Notes: generated from the sequence alone by a model not told the origin. A stretch of 64,000 nucleotides of DNA from Nitrospirota bacterium (GCA_046704425.1 JBJKRX010000018.1:20385-84384); one strand, 5' to 3'; numbered from the stretch's first letter, positions 29,183 through 39,096 are shown. Numbers and translations: made by a program.

Positions 29183-30109
29183 ATGAGACTCGTTACGCGC
29201 GGCGACCTCGACGGATTGGTGGCGGCCGTCCTGATCACGACCATGGAGCCGGTGGGTTCTCTGGAGCTGATCCACCCGCAGGACATCACGGACGGGAAGT
29301 TCCCGGTCCGCGAAGGCGACATCCTGTCCAACCTCCCCTATCACCCTTCCTGCTCCCTCTGGTTCGACCACCACGAACTCACGGACAGCAATCCGAAACC
29401 GCCCCCGGTCTTCACGGGCAAACACGCCCTCTTGCCGAGCGTGGCGCGCGTGGTCTTCGATTACTACCACTCCGACAAGCTCGCCCGCTACGAACCGCTG
29501 ATCGCGGAAACGGACCGCTTCGACTCCGCCCGGCTCACGGCAGACGACATCTCCGATCCCCAGGGCGTGGTCCTGCTCGGCTTCACGATCGATCCGCGTA
29601 CGGGACTCGGCATCGACAAAGACATTTTTACGGGCCTCGTAGAATTGCTCAAGACCTCGTCCATGGACGCAGTCCTGGAGACTCCCGAGATCGCGCGCCG
29701 CATCCGACTCTGCCGGGAGAACGATCTCACGGCCCTGCAGACCTTGCAGGACTGTTCGCGTCTGGCGGGGAACGTGATCGTAACGGACTTCCGGACCGTC
29801 GCACAGCCGCCGATCGGCAATCGATTTCTCATCTATCTCGTCCATCCGGAAGGCAATGTGTCCGTGCGCGCCCAATGGGGACCGCAACGGGAGTTCGTTG
29901 CGATCACCGTGGGCCACAGCATCCTGAACCGGACCTGCACGACCGATATCGGCCGCCTGTGCAGCGACTTCGGGGGCGGCGGCCACCACGGCGCGGGAGG
30001 GTTCACGGTAGCACTGCAGGAAGCGAACCGGACACTGGACGCGGTGGTCAAACGGCTGCAGGAGGGGGAGGGACGGATCGCTCAGAAATACCAGTTGAGC
30101 GCCAGGTAG
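29183..30109 (+). CDS. DHH/DHHA1-family phosphoesterase (NrnA/DhhP-like)
   Basis: The product has DLDGL (motif I), WFDHH (the DHH motif) and the DHHA1 motif GGGGHHGAGGF. The RBS is AAGGAG, and the promoter reads TTGCGG-17-TATAAT. Confidence 0.7.
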   Translation: MRLVTRGDLDGLVAAVLITTMEPVGSLELIHPQDITDGKFPVREGDILSNLPYHPSCSLWFDHHELTDSNPKPPPVFTGKHALLPSVARVVFDYYHSDKLARYEPLIAETDRFDSARLTADDISDPQGVVLLGFTIDPRTGLGIDKDIFTGLVELLKTSSMDAVLETPEIARRIRLCRENDLTALQTLQDCSRLAGNVIVTDFRTVAQPPIGNRFLIYLVHPEGNVSVRAQWGPQREFVAITVGHSILNRTCTTDIGRLCSDFGGGGHHGAGGFTVALQEANRTLDAVVKRLQEGEGRIAQKYQLSAR

Positions 30110-31278
30110 GTGAGCTCCGGATAGAGCCCGAACTCGTTTCGCGGCGGCGCGCCTCCCGGTGATTGTCCCCCGATGCTCCGGTAGGCGCCGAGATGTGCGT
30201 AGAGGTTCTCCGAGGCATTGTACTCTACCGTGCCGGAAGCCAGGACGGACCCGTCCCCGAGGTTCACAAGCGCCTGGCCGCGCAGGGTGACGAGGGGGGT
30301 GAGCTCGTACCGGAGGCCGGGCGCGAGATAGTTCCTGCCCAGAAGGTACACCGCGCCCTCGGTGTAGGCCGTGCGCGTCGCGTTCGCGAGATACCCCGCA
30401 GGCCCTTTCGCCCCTGCGCCGTTGTAATGGTATTCCACGAACCCGGAGAGGGAAGAGACGAAGGTGTAATCCGCTCCAACGGATACTCGGGCGTAGCTGC
30501 CGTCGTTCGGGTCCTGCGGCAGGACCTCGGCTGCCTCGAACCACCCCCCTGCCCCGCCGATCGAGCGGGCGAGGCTCACGCCCACAAGGTCGTTCTCCCG
30601 GAATTCCATGGCCATGACGGACACGTCGGTTTGCCACGCCTCGGTCCGCATGCGCGCGAATGCCGCGCTCTGTCCCGCCTCGCAACGCCTCCCGCAGACA
30701 AGCCCCATGTCCAACTCCCCCAGAGAGCCGAAGGGCTTCTTGAACCGGACCGCGTCCACGCCCCGCAGTTCCTCCGTGGCGATGGTCGTAAAGGAAAAGG
30801 GGGCAAGGACATCGGTCGGATTCACCACGCGCGCGGTGCCGAAGGAGATCGGCTGCCTCCCGACGGTCAGATCGTACCCCGTTGCCCTGTGCACCACCAG
30901 GAAGCGGTCGAGGTTCTGATCGAGTTCGAACCCGCTGCCTGCGGGCGGTTCCTGGGGCTCAAGGCGTTCGCGGAGGTCATAGGCCCGATAGTCTCCCAGG
31001 GCAGCGGCAGGGAGCGGCCCTGCGGCATTCCCGTTCGTGCCCACGAGGCGAGGGACCAGTTCGTAGGCAGCCTCTGCGGAGGTGTCTGCGGACGCATCGG
31101 AACGGATCCGGATTCGGACGAGGGACAGGAGTTCCTGCGTGGTCACGCCGTCCTGCCGCGTCACGAGAGCGTAGTTCCTGAGAGACCCCGTGACACCTGC
31201 GGCGCTCGCCCGGATCGCTGCGGGTCCCAGGGCGAGCAGACAGGCGGCGAGTCCCGCGCCGAGTATCCGCCGCCGCAC
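30082..31278 (-). CDS. Predicted outer-membrane beta-barrel protein (signal peptide, C-terminal aromatic residue)
   Basis: The product begins MRRRILGAGLAACLLALGPAAIRASAAG and ends ...YLALNWYF. Its start overlaps the stop of the ABC ATPase gene. Confidence 0.45.
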   Translation of the reverse strand: MRRRILGAGLAACLLALGPAAIRASAAGVTGSLRNYALVTRQDGVTTQELLSLVRIRIRSDASADTSAEAAYELVPRLVGTNGNAAGPLPAAALGDYRAYDLRERLEPQEPPAGSGFELDQNLDRFLVVHRATGYDLTVGRQPISFGTARVVNPTDVLAPFSFTTIATEELRGVDAVRFKKPFGSLGELDMGLVCGRRCEAGQSAAFARMRTEAWQTDVSVMAMEFRENDLVGVSLARSIGGAGGWFEAAEVLPQDPNDGSYARVSVGADYTFVSSLSGFVEYHYNGAGAKGPAGYLANATRTAYTEGAVYLLGRNYLAPGLRYELTPLVTLRGQALVNLGDGSVLASGTVEYNASENLYAHLGAYRSIGGQSPGGAPPRNEFGLYPELTYLALNWYF

Positions 31279-31976
31279 TAGGCCGCCCCCCGGGTCTCGT
31301 CCGAGGCGATCTCGCCGTCCCGCAGCATCACGAGCCGCTTCGCCCGCTCCATGATCATGCCGTCATGGGTCGAAAAGACGAAGGTCATGCCGCGCGTCTC
31401 GTTCAGGGCATGCATCATGTCGAGCAGCGCGGTCCCGGTCGCGGAATCGAGGTTCGCCGTGGGCTCGTCCGCCAGGATGATGTCCGGACGCGAGGCCATG
31501 GCCCGTGCGATCGCCACGCGCTGCTGCTGCCCGCCGGAGAGCTGTTTCGGAAGCCGCTTCTCCATACCGCCGAGCCCCACGTCTTCCAGAAGGGCCGCCA
31601 CGCGCTCCTGCCGCTCGCGATCATCCACGCCCTGCAGCAGCATGATGTACTCGATGTTCTCGCGCACGGTAAGCACCGGGATGAGGTTGTACGACTGGAA
31701 GATGAAACCAATATGGTCCCGCCGGAAATCGGAGAGTTCCCTCCCCCGCATCTCGCTGATGGCCCTCCCCGCCAAAAGCGCGCGCCCCTGAGTCGGGACG
31801 TCGAGCCCGCTCATGATGTAGAGCAGCGTGGTCTTGCCGGACCCCGACGGGCCCGCAAGCGCGGCGAAAGAACCCGGCGCGATGGTCAGGTTCAGGTCCC
31901 GCAAGGCGTGCACCGGCACGCCGTCGGTATGGTAGACCTTCGAAACGTTCTCGATGCGGATGAGCTCGTCCGGCAT
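31278..31976 (-). CDS. lolD: ABC transporter ATP-binding protein (LolD/MacB-type)
   Basis: The product has Walker A (GPSGSGKTT), the signature LSGGQQQRVAIARA and Walker B (ILADEPT). The start was set at MPDELIRIENVSK. Confidence 0.8.
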   Translation of the reverse strand: MPDELIRIENVSKVYHTDGVPVHALRDLNLTIAPGSFAALAGPSGSGKTTLLYIMSGLDVPTQGRALLAGRAISEMRGRELSDFRRDHIGFIFQSYNLIPVLTVRENIEYIMLLQGVDDRERQERVAALLEDVGLGGMEKRLPKQLSGGQQQRVAIARAMASRPDIILADEPTANLDSATGTALLDMMHALNETRGMTFVFSTHDGMIMERAKRLVMLRDGEIASDETRGAA

Positions 31977-31996
31977 GGTTCTCCCTCCTGGGATGG

Positions 31997-33226
31997 CTAC
32001 ATGCTCCGCTGCATGGCCTTCGCGGGCAGGAGCCGCGCGGCGAAGATCGCGGGGTAGATCGCCGCGATCAGCGAAAAGACGCCGATGAGCAGCGGGTAGA
32101 GCGTGAACTGCCTGAGCCGGAACACGGGATAGAGCAGGTCGGTGATGGTCACGCCCGCAAACTCGATGCCCTGGTAATTGATCCCGAAGACGCCCACGAC
32201 CTTGATGATCAGCCAGCCGAGCGCCATGCCCCACAGGATGCTGATGAACGCAAGGGCCGCGGCCTCGAGGAAGATGATGAGCGCCATGTCAACGGGCCGG
32301 GTGCCGACGGCCCGGAGCACCCCGAACTCGAACATCCGTTCGTAGAGCGACATGAAGAGGGTGTTCATGATGATGACCGCCACGATCGCGAAGATGAGGC
32401 CCGTGACGATGGCCGTGGTCATGTCGCTCATCTCCACGACGCTCTGGAGCTGCTTCACGAGCTCTTTCCAGCCCAGGGCCTCGTTCCCGCCTTGGGAATA
32501 CTTCTTCCAGAACGGGAGCCGGGGATTGCCGGCGTCCTGCAGATGATGGAACCGGAGCGCGATCTCGTGCACGCCGCTGCCCAAGGCCAGGAGCCGCTGG
32601 GCCTCATGGATATTGATGAAGGCCGTCCCGCCGTCGAACTCCCGGATGCCCAGGTGGAAGATCCCCCCCACCCGGAACAGGTCCTGGGCGAGCGCGCCCG
32701 TGCCTGCCTCTGCCGTGGTCAGCACCACCCGGTCGCCCACGCCGACCTCGAGCAGCTCCGCCGTCTTGGAGCCGAGCAGGATCTTTCCGTCGTCTCCCGG
32801 CGCGAGCCACTGCCCCTGCCGGATCGCCTTGTCCACGATCGAGATGCGCGGCTCCGTCCGCGGGTCCACGCCGTACAGCATGACCGAGGCGACGCCGTTC
32901 GGCGAGCTCAGCATGGCAAAGGACAGGGTGCGGGGGGTGTAGGCCGCGATGCGCTTCTCCGTCGCCAGAGAGCGCAGGACCGCATCCGAATGGTGGATCA
33001 CGTCCTCCACGGCCATCGTCTCGCGGAATCCTGCTGCGTGGATCTCGCCCTGCCCCAGGAAGGTGTCGGTTGCCGTGCGGATCATGCTTTGCAGCATGCC
33101 GTCCAGCAGGCCGTCGATGAAGATCAGTGAGGCCAGACTGATGCCCACGGCAAGACCGGCCAGGATCGTCCGACGCTTGTTGCGCATCACGTTGCGCCAC
33201 GCAAGCTTGACGTAGAGGAGCTTCAT
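31997..33226 (-). CDS. lolE: FtsX-family ABC permease (LolE/LolC-like, 4 TM with periplasmic domain)
   Basis: The 409-aa ORF has a MacB/Lol-type periplasmic domain followed by C-terminal FtsX transmembrane helices. Confidence 0.75.
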   Translation of the reverse strand: MKLLYVKLAWRNVMRNKRRTILAGLAVGISLASLIFIDGLLDGMLQSMIRTATDTFLGQGEIHAAGFRETMAVEDVIHHSDAVLRSLATEKRIAAYTPRTLSFAMLSSPNGVASVMLYGVDPRTEPRISIVDKAIRQGQWLAPGDDGKILLGSKTAELLEVGVGDRVVLTTAEAGTGALAQDLFRVGGIFHLGIREFDGGTAFINIHEAQRLLALGSGVHEIALRFHHLQDAGNPRLPFWKKYSQGGNEALGWKELVKQLQSVVEMSDMTTAIVTGLIFAIVAVIIMNTLFMSLYERMFEFGVLRAVGTRPVDMALIIFLEAAALAFISILWGMALGWLIIKVVGVFGINYQGIEFAGVTITDLLYPVFRLRQFTLYPLLIGVFSLIAAIYPAIFAARLLPAKAMQRSM

Positions 33227-33227
33227 G

Positions 33228-34445
33228 TCAGTTGGACCTCAACGCCTTGACCGGGACGATGCGCGCCGCGCGCAGGGCGGGCCAGAGGCTCACCAGGACG
33301 GCTGCACCGAAGACCACCCCTGCGGGCAGCAGGATCGATTGGGTGGTGATCTGGGAAGTCATGGTGGTGAAGGCGAAGCCGCCGTACTCGATAGGCGAAG
33401 GATAGGAGATCCCGTGCAGGGAGAGCCACCAGTTCCCTGCCAGCCCGCAGAGCGTGCCTGCCACGATGCTGAGCACGGCCAGGAAGGCCGTCTCGAGCAC
33501 GATGAGCAGAAAGATCTGGGACGGCCGCGAGCCGAGCGCCTTCAGGATGCCGAACTCCCGGGTCCGTTCCAGGATCGCCATGAGCACGGTGTTCAGCACC
33601 CCGACCGCGATGATCACGGTCAGGACCGTCATGGTCCACCAGTTGCCTTTGATGTCCGCCTGCATGGCGGTATAGAACTCGCTCTCGATCACCTGCCAGG
33701 GTTCCACGTCGATCGACGGATCATGCAGGAGCGTCCGGATCTTGCCCACCGTTGCCTCGGTCTTCCGGTAATCATTGAGCACGACGACAAGCTCGTGCAC
33801 GCCGGTCGGCAGAGAGAGGAAGGAGCGCGCCGTTTCGATCGGCAGATAGCACTGGGACATGCCGGCGCCGCCCGTGTCCTCGCGCATGATCCCCGCGACG
33901 CGGAAGAGCCCGTTCGCGATCGACCCGTCCGCCCCCTCGGCGATCAGCGCAACCTCTCCGCCGAGTCCCACCTTGAGGGTCCGGGCCAGGTTGTGGCTCA
34001 GCACGATGCCCTTCGGTGCGTTCGCGGAAACGAACCGTCCCTCGCCGACATGGAGCGCCAGCCGAGTGGTCCGGGGCTCGCGGACCGGGTCGACGCCCAC
34101 GATGCGCGCGCCCGCGGTCCGGGTCCCGGCAAAGGCCAGGGCCGGGGAATAGATCCGGGGAGTCCAGGAACGGACCGCGGGCAGGGAAGCGATCTTCGCG
34201 CCCAGGGCGGTCGGGTGCTGCAGGACCTTGTAGAGCGTCGGCTTGTCGAGATAGCCCTTGGCGTGCACCTGGATGTGGCCGGTATGATCGCGCGTGAATC
34301 CGTCGATGATCGCGCCGTAACTGCCGGACACGAGCCCGAGCGAGATCGCAAAGAGCGCGCAACCGCCCGCCATCATAAGACCGGTCAGGAGGGACCGTGT
34401 CTTGCTCCGGAATATGTTGCGGAATGCGATCTTCGCCGTGACCAT
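33228..34445 (-). CDS. lolC: FtsX-family ABC permease (LolC/LolE-like)
   Basis: The 405-aa ORF is a paralogue of the adjacent permease. The product begins MVTAKIAFRNIFRSKTRSLL. Confidence 0.75.
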   Translation of the reverse strand: MVTAKIAFRNIFRSKTRSLLTGLMMAGGCALFAISLGLVSGSYGAIIDGFTRDHTGHIQVHAKGYLDKPTLYKVLQHPTALGAKIASLPAVRSWTPRIYSPALAFAGTRTAGARIVGVDPVREPRTTRLALHVGEGRFVSANAPKGIVLSHNLARTLKVGLGGEVALIAEGADGSIANGLFRVAGIMREDTGGAGMSQCYLPIETARSFLSLPTGVHELVVVLNDYRKTEATVGKIRTLLHDPSIDVEPWQVIESEFYTAMQADIKGNWWTMTVLTVIIAVGVLNTVLMAILERTREFGILKALGSRPSQIFLLIVLETAFLAVLSIVAGTLCGLAGNWWLSLHGISYPSPIEYGGFAFTTMTSQITTQSILLPAGVVFGAAVLVSLWPALRAARIVPVKALRSN

Positions 34446-34465
34446 GATCGGGGGCGGCAGCCGGT

Positions 34466-35227
34466 TCAGCGCTGCAGGTTCCTGAGCGTAAAGACGTCGG
34501 GCGGCAACGGGGCGTCGAATTGGAGCGTTCGGTAGCGGATGACGGTCTTTTTGTCCGGTGTGTGCAGGGGCCGCATCTCGAGCACCGACGGGATCCGCCG
34601 CTTCCCGAAGGTACGCACGTCGCTGAATTCCAGGACGCGTACGGCATCTCCCCGGTCGTCATAGTAGGTCTCGCGCACGGGCAGCAGGTCCGCCTTGCGC
34701 ACCTGGAGGATGATCTTGGCCCAGACGATGGCCATGTCTTTGTGCGGGGTGAGCTCGACGAAATAGTAGTCTTCGGGCCGCGGCCCTGCGGGGGTCGTGA
34801 GCTGGAATCGGTAGTCCCGGGTGAGCGAACTTTCCTTCACCAGGTCGTCGTTCGTGAAATCAGAGCCCATCCAGGAGCTCATCATCATGGAAGGAGGAAT
34901 CTTCATGACCCGGTCGATCTTGGGAAAGTAGTTCCACATCTCGTTCCCGATGCGGAGCGTGGCAATGCCCGCGTCCTTCCGGGGTGATCGGATGCGGATG
35001 AAGGACTTTTCCCTGCCTGCGGACCAGACGTCCATGGCGAGCGTGCGCGTCCAGTGCTTGGTCACGATGGTCATCTCCACCTCGCCCTGACTCGTGGCGC
35101 TGCGATAGAGGGTGTCTACGGAGTCCACGATGCGTTTCAGCGTTGCGTCGTCCTGCGCCCTGCAAGGGACCGCCGTCGCCGAAAGCAGGAGCAGCGCGAA
35201 GACCGTTGCGCCGATACGTCTCTTCAT
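34466..35227 (-). CDS. LolA-like outer-membrane lipoprotein-sorting protein family (periplasmic, signal peptide)
   Basis: The product begins MKRRIGATVFALLLLSATAVPCRA and continues into a LolA-like beta-barrel region (ATLRIGNEMWNYFPKIDRVMKIPPSMM). It is the first gene of the ABC operon. Confidence 0.6.
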   Translation of the reverse strand: MKRRIGATVFALLLLSATAVPCRAQDDATLKRIVDSVDTLYRSATSQGEVEMTIVTKHWTRTLAMDVWSAGREKSFIRIRSPRKDAGIATLRIGNEMWNYFPKIDRVMKIPPSMMMSSWMGSDFTNDDLVKESSLTRDYRFQLTTPAGPRPEDYYFVELTPHKDMAIVWAKIILQVRKADLLPVRETYYDDRGDAVRVLEFSDVRTFGKRRIPSVLEMRPLHTPDKKTVIRYRTLQFDAPLPPDVFTLRNLQR

Positions 35228-35261
35228 CCCTGCGCCCCCTCCCCGGGCCATCCCGGCCGGA

Positions 35262-35753
35262 TCACGGCCGCTGCCCGAACTTTCTGCGCACCTTGTCCGC
35301 CACAACCGGCGGCACCAGGCTGCTGATATCCCCGCCGTAACTCGCCGCCTCCTTCACGATCGTCGAGGTGATGAACGAATATTCCTCGCTCGGCATGAGG
35401 AAGACCGTCTCGATCTTGCTGTCGAGCCGCCGGTTCATGAGGGCCATCTGCATCTCGTATTCGAAGTCCGATACCGCGCGGAGGCCCCGGATGATGCCCA
35501 CGGCCCTGGTGCGCCGCACGTAGTCCACCAGGAGCCCGTCGAACCCCTCGATCCGCACCCGTTTCCGCAGCCGCGCGAGAGATTTCCGGAAGAGGTCGAT
35601 CCGTTCGTCGAGCGTGAAGAGCGGCTGCTTCCGCGGATTCGCAGCCACGGCCACGATCACCTCATCGAAGATCCGGAGGCTCCGCTCCACGAGGTCGATA
35701 TGCCCGTTCGTGACCGGATCGAAGGTCCCGGGATAGACCGCGATATGTTTCAT
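35262..35753 (-). CDS. coaD: Phosphopantetheine adenylyltransferase
   Basis: The product begins MKHIAVYPGTFDPVTNGHIDLVERS. Confidence 0.85.
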   Translation of the reverse strand: MKHIAVYPGTFDPVTNGHIDLVERSLRIFDEVIVAVAANPRKQPLFTLDERIDLFRKSLARLRKRVRIEGFDGLLVDYVRRTRAVGIIRGLRAVSDFEYEMQMALMNRRLDSKIETVFLMPSEEYSFITSTIVKEAASYGGDISSLVPPVVADKVRRKFGQRP

Positions 35754-35807
35754 GGAAGCTCCTCGGCAGGAGAAAGACGGTTTCAACAATGCAACCTGAA
35801 TCCCGCT

Positions 35808-36377
35808 TCACTCCTGGCTTCTGACATCTGATTCCTGACTTCTGTAGGTATAGAACGCCAGTACCGTATCCCCGTAGCGGACCTCGCGGAACCGCTCCAA
35901 ACCGCCTGCCTGTTCCGGTACGGGCCGTTTCCGGAAATGCTCGACCACCACCACGCCGTCCTGTTTTACAATCCCTGCCTCTCCGATGCGGCGAAGCACT
36001 GGCTCCGGCTCCATGGCGTAGGGCGGGTCAATGAACACGATATCATAGGGACCGGATCGTTTTTGCAGGAAGGCCGTGACGTCCATTGCCAGGACCTGCG
36101 CGCGGTTTGCAAGAACGGTCTCCGCGAGGTTCCGCGTAATCGCCTGGAGCGCAGGCCGGGAGGAATCGACGAAGACCGTCGTCGCCGCGCCGCGGCTGAG
36201 CGCCTCGATCCCAATGCCCCCCGTGCCCGCGAAAAGGTCGAGAAACGCAGCGCCCGGTACGCGGTCACGCAGGATATTGAACAGCGCCTGCCTGACCTTG
36301 TCCGCCGTGGGCCTGACGTCCGATCCCGTGGGGGCGCGCAACCGGCGCCCCTTTGCCGTGCCTCCGGTGACGCGCAT
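35808..36377 (-). CDS. rsmD: 16S rRNA (guanine966-N2)-methyltransferase RsmD
   Basis: The product contains LDLFAGTGGIGIEALSRGA and the DPPY motif (VFIDPPYAM). The rsmD-coaD pair is conserved. Confidence 0.8.
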   Translation of the reverse strand: MRVTGGTAKGRRLRAPTGSDVRPTADKVRQALFNILRDRVPGAAFLDLFAGTGGIGIEALSRGAATTVFVDSSRPALQAITRNLAETVLANRAQVLAMDVTAFLQKRSGPYDIVFIDPPYAMEPEPVLRRIGEAGIVKQDGVVVVEHFRKRPVPEQAGGLERFREVRYGDTVLAFYTYRSQESDVRSQE

Positions 36378-36508
36378 GGGGTGAAGCGGCCCGGCATGCA
36401 GCGCCGCCGCTTGATTTTGATGCTACAGAAAAACCGGACCAGAGTCAAGCAGTTCTTGACAGTTTCCCCGGTTATCGATATACTTGGCCTAGTCTTTCGG
36501 GGGGTACC

Positions 36509-37861
36509 ATGCGCAAACTTCCGGCCCTGACCGTCTTCGTCCTTTTCTCCCTTGCGATCCTCGTTGTCGTACCGACGATTTTTGCGAAGACCTCACCTCC
36601 CCCGCGGTCGTCCTCCCCGGCCGCGCAGGCAGTCGAACCGCCGACGCAGGTCTTCCATATCGCCATCGACGCCCCCATCACGCCGGTCGTGGCCGAATAC
36701 ATCGTAAAATCCATCAGTGCCGCCGAAAATGCCGATGCCGAAGCGATCATCATCGAGCTGAACACGCCGGGGGGACTCGTGGATTCCATGCAGCAGATCG
36801 TCATGAAGATCATGGCCTCCCGCGTTCCGGTCGTCGTATATGTGGGGCCGAGCGGCGCGCGGGCGGCATCGGCCGGAACGTTCATCACCCTTGCCGCGAA
36901 CATCGCGGCCATGGCTCCCACGACCCACCTCGGCGCTGCCCATCCCGTCACCATGGAAGGGAAAATGGACAAGACCATGGAGGTCAAGGTCGTGAACGAC
37001 CTTGCCGCGATGGCGCGCAGCATCGCCGACAAGCGGGGACGGAACGCACAATGGGCCGAGGAGGCCGTGCGCAAGAGCGTTTCGCTCACCGACACCGAGG
37101 CCCTGAAAAAGGGCGTGATCGACCTGATCGCACCAGACGTCCCCACGCTCGTCAAGGACCTCGACGGGAGAACGGTGGAACTGGCCTCCGGCAAGCGGAC
37201 GCTCGCCACGCGCAACGCGACGATCCACGAGGTACACATGGGGTTCCGGTACCGGCTGCTCGAGCTCATCGGCAACCCCAACATCGCGTATATCCTGATG
37301 ATCCTCGGGTTCTACGGCCTCTACTTCGAGCTGGCCAATCCCGGCGCGGTCCTCCCCGGGGTGGCGGGTGCCATCTGCCTGGTCCTCGCCTTCTACGCGC
37401 TCCACACCCTTCCGATCAACTATGCCGGCCTCCTCCTCATTATCATCGGCATCGGCCTGTTCATCGCCGAGGCCTTCATCACGAGCCACGGCATCCTCGG
37501 CATCGGGGGAGTGGTTTCCATGCTGCTCGGCTCGGTCATGCTCATCGACTCACCAGCCCCCTTCCTGCAGCTCTCCTGGGCCGTGATCCTGCCTGCCGTG
37601 GTGGTTTCGGCGGTCCTCTTCATAATCACCGTGACCGTCGCCGTCCGGGTCTTCCGGGAGAAGCCCGACACGGGAAAAGAAGGGCTCATCGGCATGCAGG
37701 CGGTTGCCAAGACGGACATCCGCCAGGACGGCCAGGTCTTCCTGCGCGGGGAATACTGGACCGCCTGGAGCGATGAACCGATCGTTGCGGGAACCCAAGT
37801 GACCGTCGTTGCGATCGAAGGGCTTCGGCTCAAGGTGGCACCCAAACCGCAAACGTCGTAA
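36509..37861 (+). CDS. nfeD: NfeD-family membrane-bound ClpP-class serine protease (stomatin operon partner)
   Basis: The product has a signal/TM segment and a ClpP-like domain (GGLVDSMQQIV...GARAASAGTFI). It also has a multi-TM segment and a C-terminal OB domain. Confidence 0.75.
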   Translation: MRKLPALTVFVLFSLAILVVVPTIFAKTSPPPRSSSPAAQAVEPPTQVFHIAIDAPITPVVAEYIVKSISAAENADAEAIIIELNTPGGLVDSMQQIVMKIMASRVPVVVYVGPSGARAASAGTFITLAANIAAMAPTTHLGAAHPVTMEGKMDKTMEVKVVNDLAAMARSIADKRGRNAQWAEEAVRKSVSLTDTEALKKGVIDLIAPDVPTLVKDLDGRTVELASGKRTLATRNATIHEVHMGFRYRLLELIGNPNIAYILMILGFYGLYFELANPGAVLPGVAGAICLVLAFYALHTLPINYAGLLLIIIGIGLFIAEAFITSHGILGIGGVVSMLLGSVMLIDSPAPFLQLSWAVILPAVVVSAVLFIITVTVAVRVFREKPDTGKEGLIGMQAVAKTDIRQDGQVFLRGEYWTAWSDEPIVAGTQVTVVAIEGLRLKVAPKPQTS

Positions 37862-37900
37862 CGGCGTCGATTTCAAAAAAAATACAGGAGGTGCGTCATC

Positions 37901-38677
37901 ATGTCGGAGTACGTGGGAACCGGTCTGGTCTTTACCGTAGTCATCATCGTCCTGGTCCTGTTCAACATCATCAAGGTCCTGAAACAGTACGAGCGCGGCG
38001 TCATCTTCACCCTCGGCAAGGTCAGCACCACCGGCGGCGTCAAAGGACCGGGGGTCATCTTCCTCCTGCCGGGAATCCAAAAGATGGTCCGCGTGAGCCT
38101 TCGGACGGTGACCATGGACGTCCCCTCCCAGGACGTGATCACAAAGGACAACGTAACCGTCAAGGTGAACGCCGTGGTCTACTTCCGGGTCATCGACCCC
38201 CGGAATGCGATCATCGAGGTCGAAGACTTCTACTACGCCACCTCCCTTATCTCGCAGACCACCCTGCGGAGCGTACTCGGCCAGAACGCCCTCGACGATT
38301 TGCTCTCGAACCGCGAGGCGATCAACGCAGAGCTGCAAAAGGTGATCGATCTGCAGACCGAGCCCTGGGGCATCAAGGTCACGTCCGTGGAGGTCAAGAA
38401 CGTGGATCTGCCGCCCGATATGCAGCGGGCCATCGCGATCCAGGCCCAGGCGGAGCGCGAACGACGGGCCAAGATCATCCACGCCGAGGGCGAACTCCAG
38501 GCGTCCACGAAGCTGGCCGAGGCAGCCGATGTCATCAGCAAGAATTCGACGTCGCTACAGCTCCGGTACCTTCAGACCCTGACCGAGATCGCCTCGGAAA
38601 AGAACTCGACGATCGTATTTCCGCTGCCGCTCGACCTGATCTCCTCGTTCATGCAACTGCTCGGGAAAAAGGGGTAG
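37901..38677 (+). CDS. SPFH/band-7 (stomatin-like) protein
   Basis: The product contains [12 protein letters not shown]...[26 protein letters not shown]. Confidence 0.85.
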   Translation: MSEYVGTGLVFTVVIIVLVLFNIIKVLKQYERGVIFTLGKVSTTGGVKGPGVIFLLPGIQKMVRVSLRTVTMDVPSQDVITKDNVTVKVNAVVYFRVIDPRNAIIEVEDFYYATSLISQTTLRSVLGQNALDDLLSNREAINAELQKVIDLQTEPWGIKVTSVEVKNVDLPPDMQRAIAIQAQAERERRAKIIHAEGELQASTKLAEAADVISKNSTSLQLRYLQTLTEIASEKNSTIVFPLPLDLISSFMQLLGKKG

Positions 38678-38710
38678 ACGGCAGATCGAGAAGGCGTTTT
38701 GCAAACGTAA

Positions 38711-38775
38711 AGGCCGGGTGGAGGCATCCACCCGGCCTTTACTGCGAAAAAAAAGGAGCCGGCGAATGCCGGCTC
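38711..38775. terminator. Two adjacent hairpins forming a bidirectional terminator (GGCCGGGTGG-N6-CCACCCGGCC then A8 then GGAGCCGGC-gaat-GCCGGCTCC)
   Basis: The first hairpin followed by TTT terminates the plus-strand SPFH operon. The second hairpin followed by T8 on the minus strand terminates the dsrMKJOP-fdx transcript. Confidence 0.65.
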
Positions 38776-38801
38776 CCTATGTAATGGCGATATGCGGTTT
38801 A

Positions 38802-38987
38802 CTAAATCTCGTTGACCGTGATGCACTGCTGCGGGCAGTTCTCCACGCAGGTCAGACAGTTGATGCATTCCGACATATTCACGGGATCAGCCTTGCCGCC
38901 CTCAACCTTGAAGACCGACTGCGGGCAGACGTTCGCGCAGGTGCCGTCCCCGGCGCATTTGTTCGTGTCGACCGTTACCATGTACAT
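38802..38987 (-). CDS. Small 2x[4Fe-4S]-type ferredoxin (61 aa) at the end of the dsrMKJOP operon
   Basis: The product has CAGDGTCANVCP and CINCLTCVENCP cysteine clusters. The RBS is AAGGAGGA. Confidence 0.65.
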   Translation of the reverse strand: MYMVTVDTNKCAGDGTCANVCPQSVFKVEGGKADPVNMSECINCLTCVENCPQQCITVNEI

Positions 38988-39096
38988 TGTGCCTGAATCC
39001 TCCTTGCCTTAAGATATGTTTCCGAAACAGCCAAGCTTGTTATACTACCCGGCCGATTCGATAAAATCAAGCACGAAATAACGGGGTCCGAGACGT

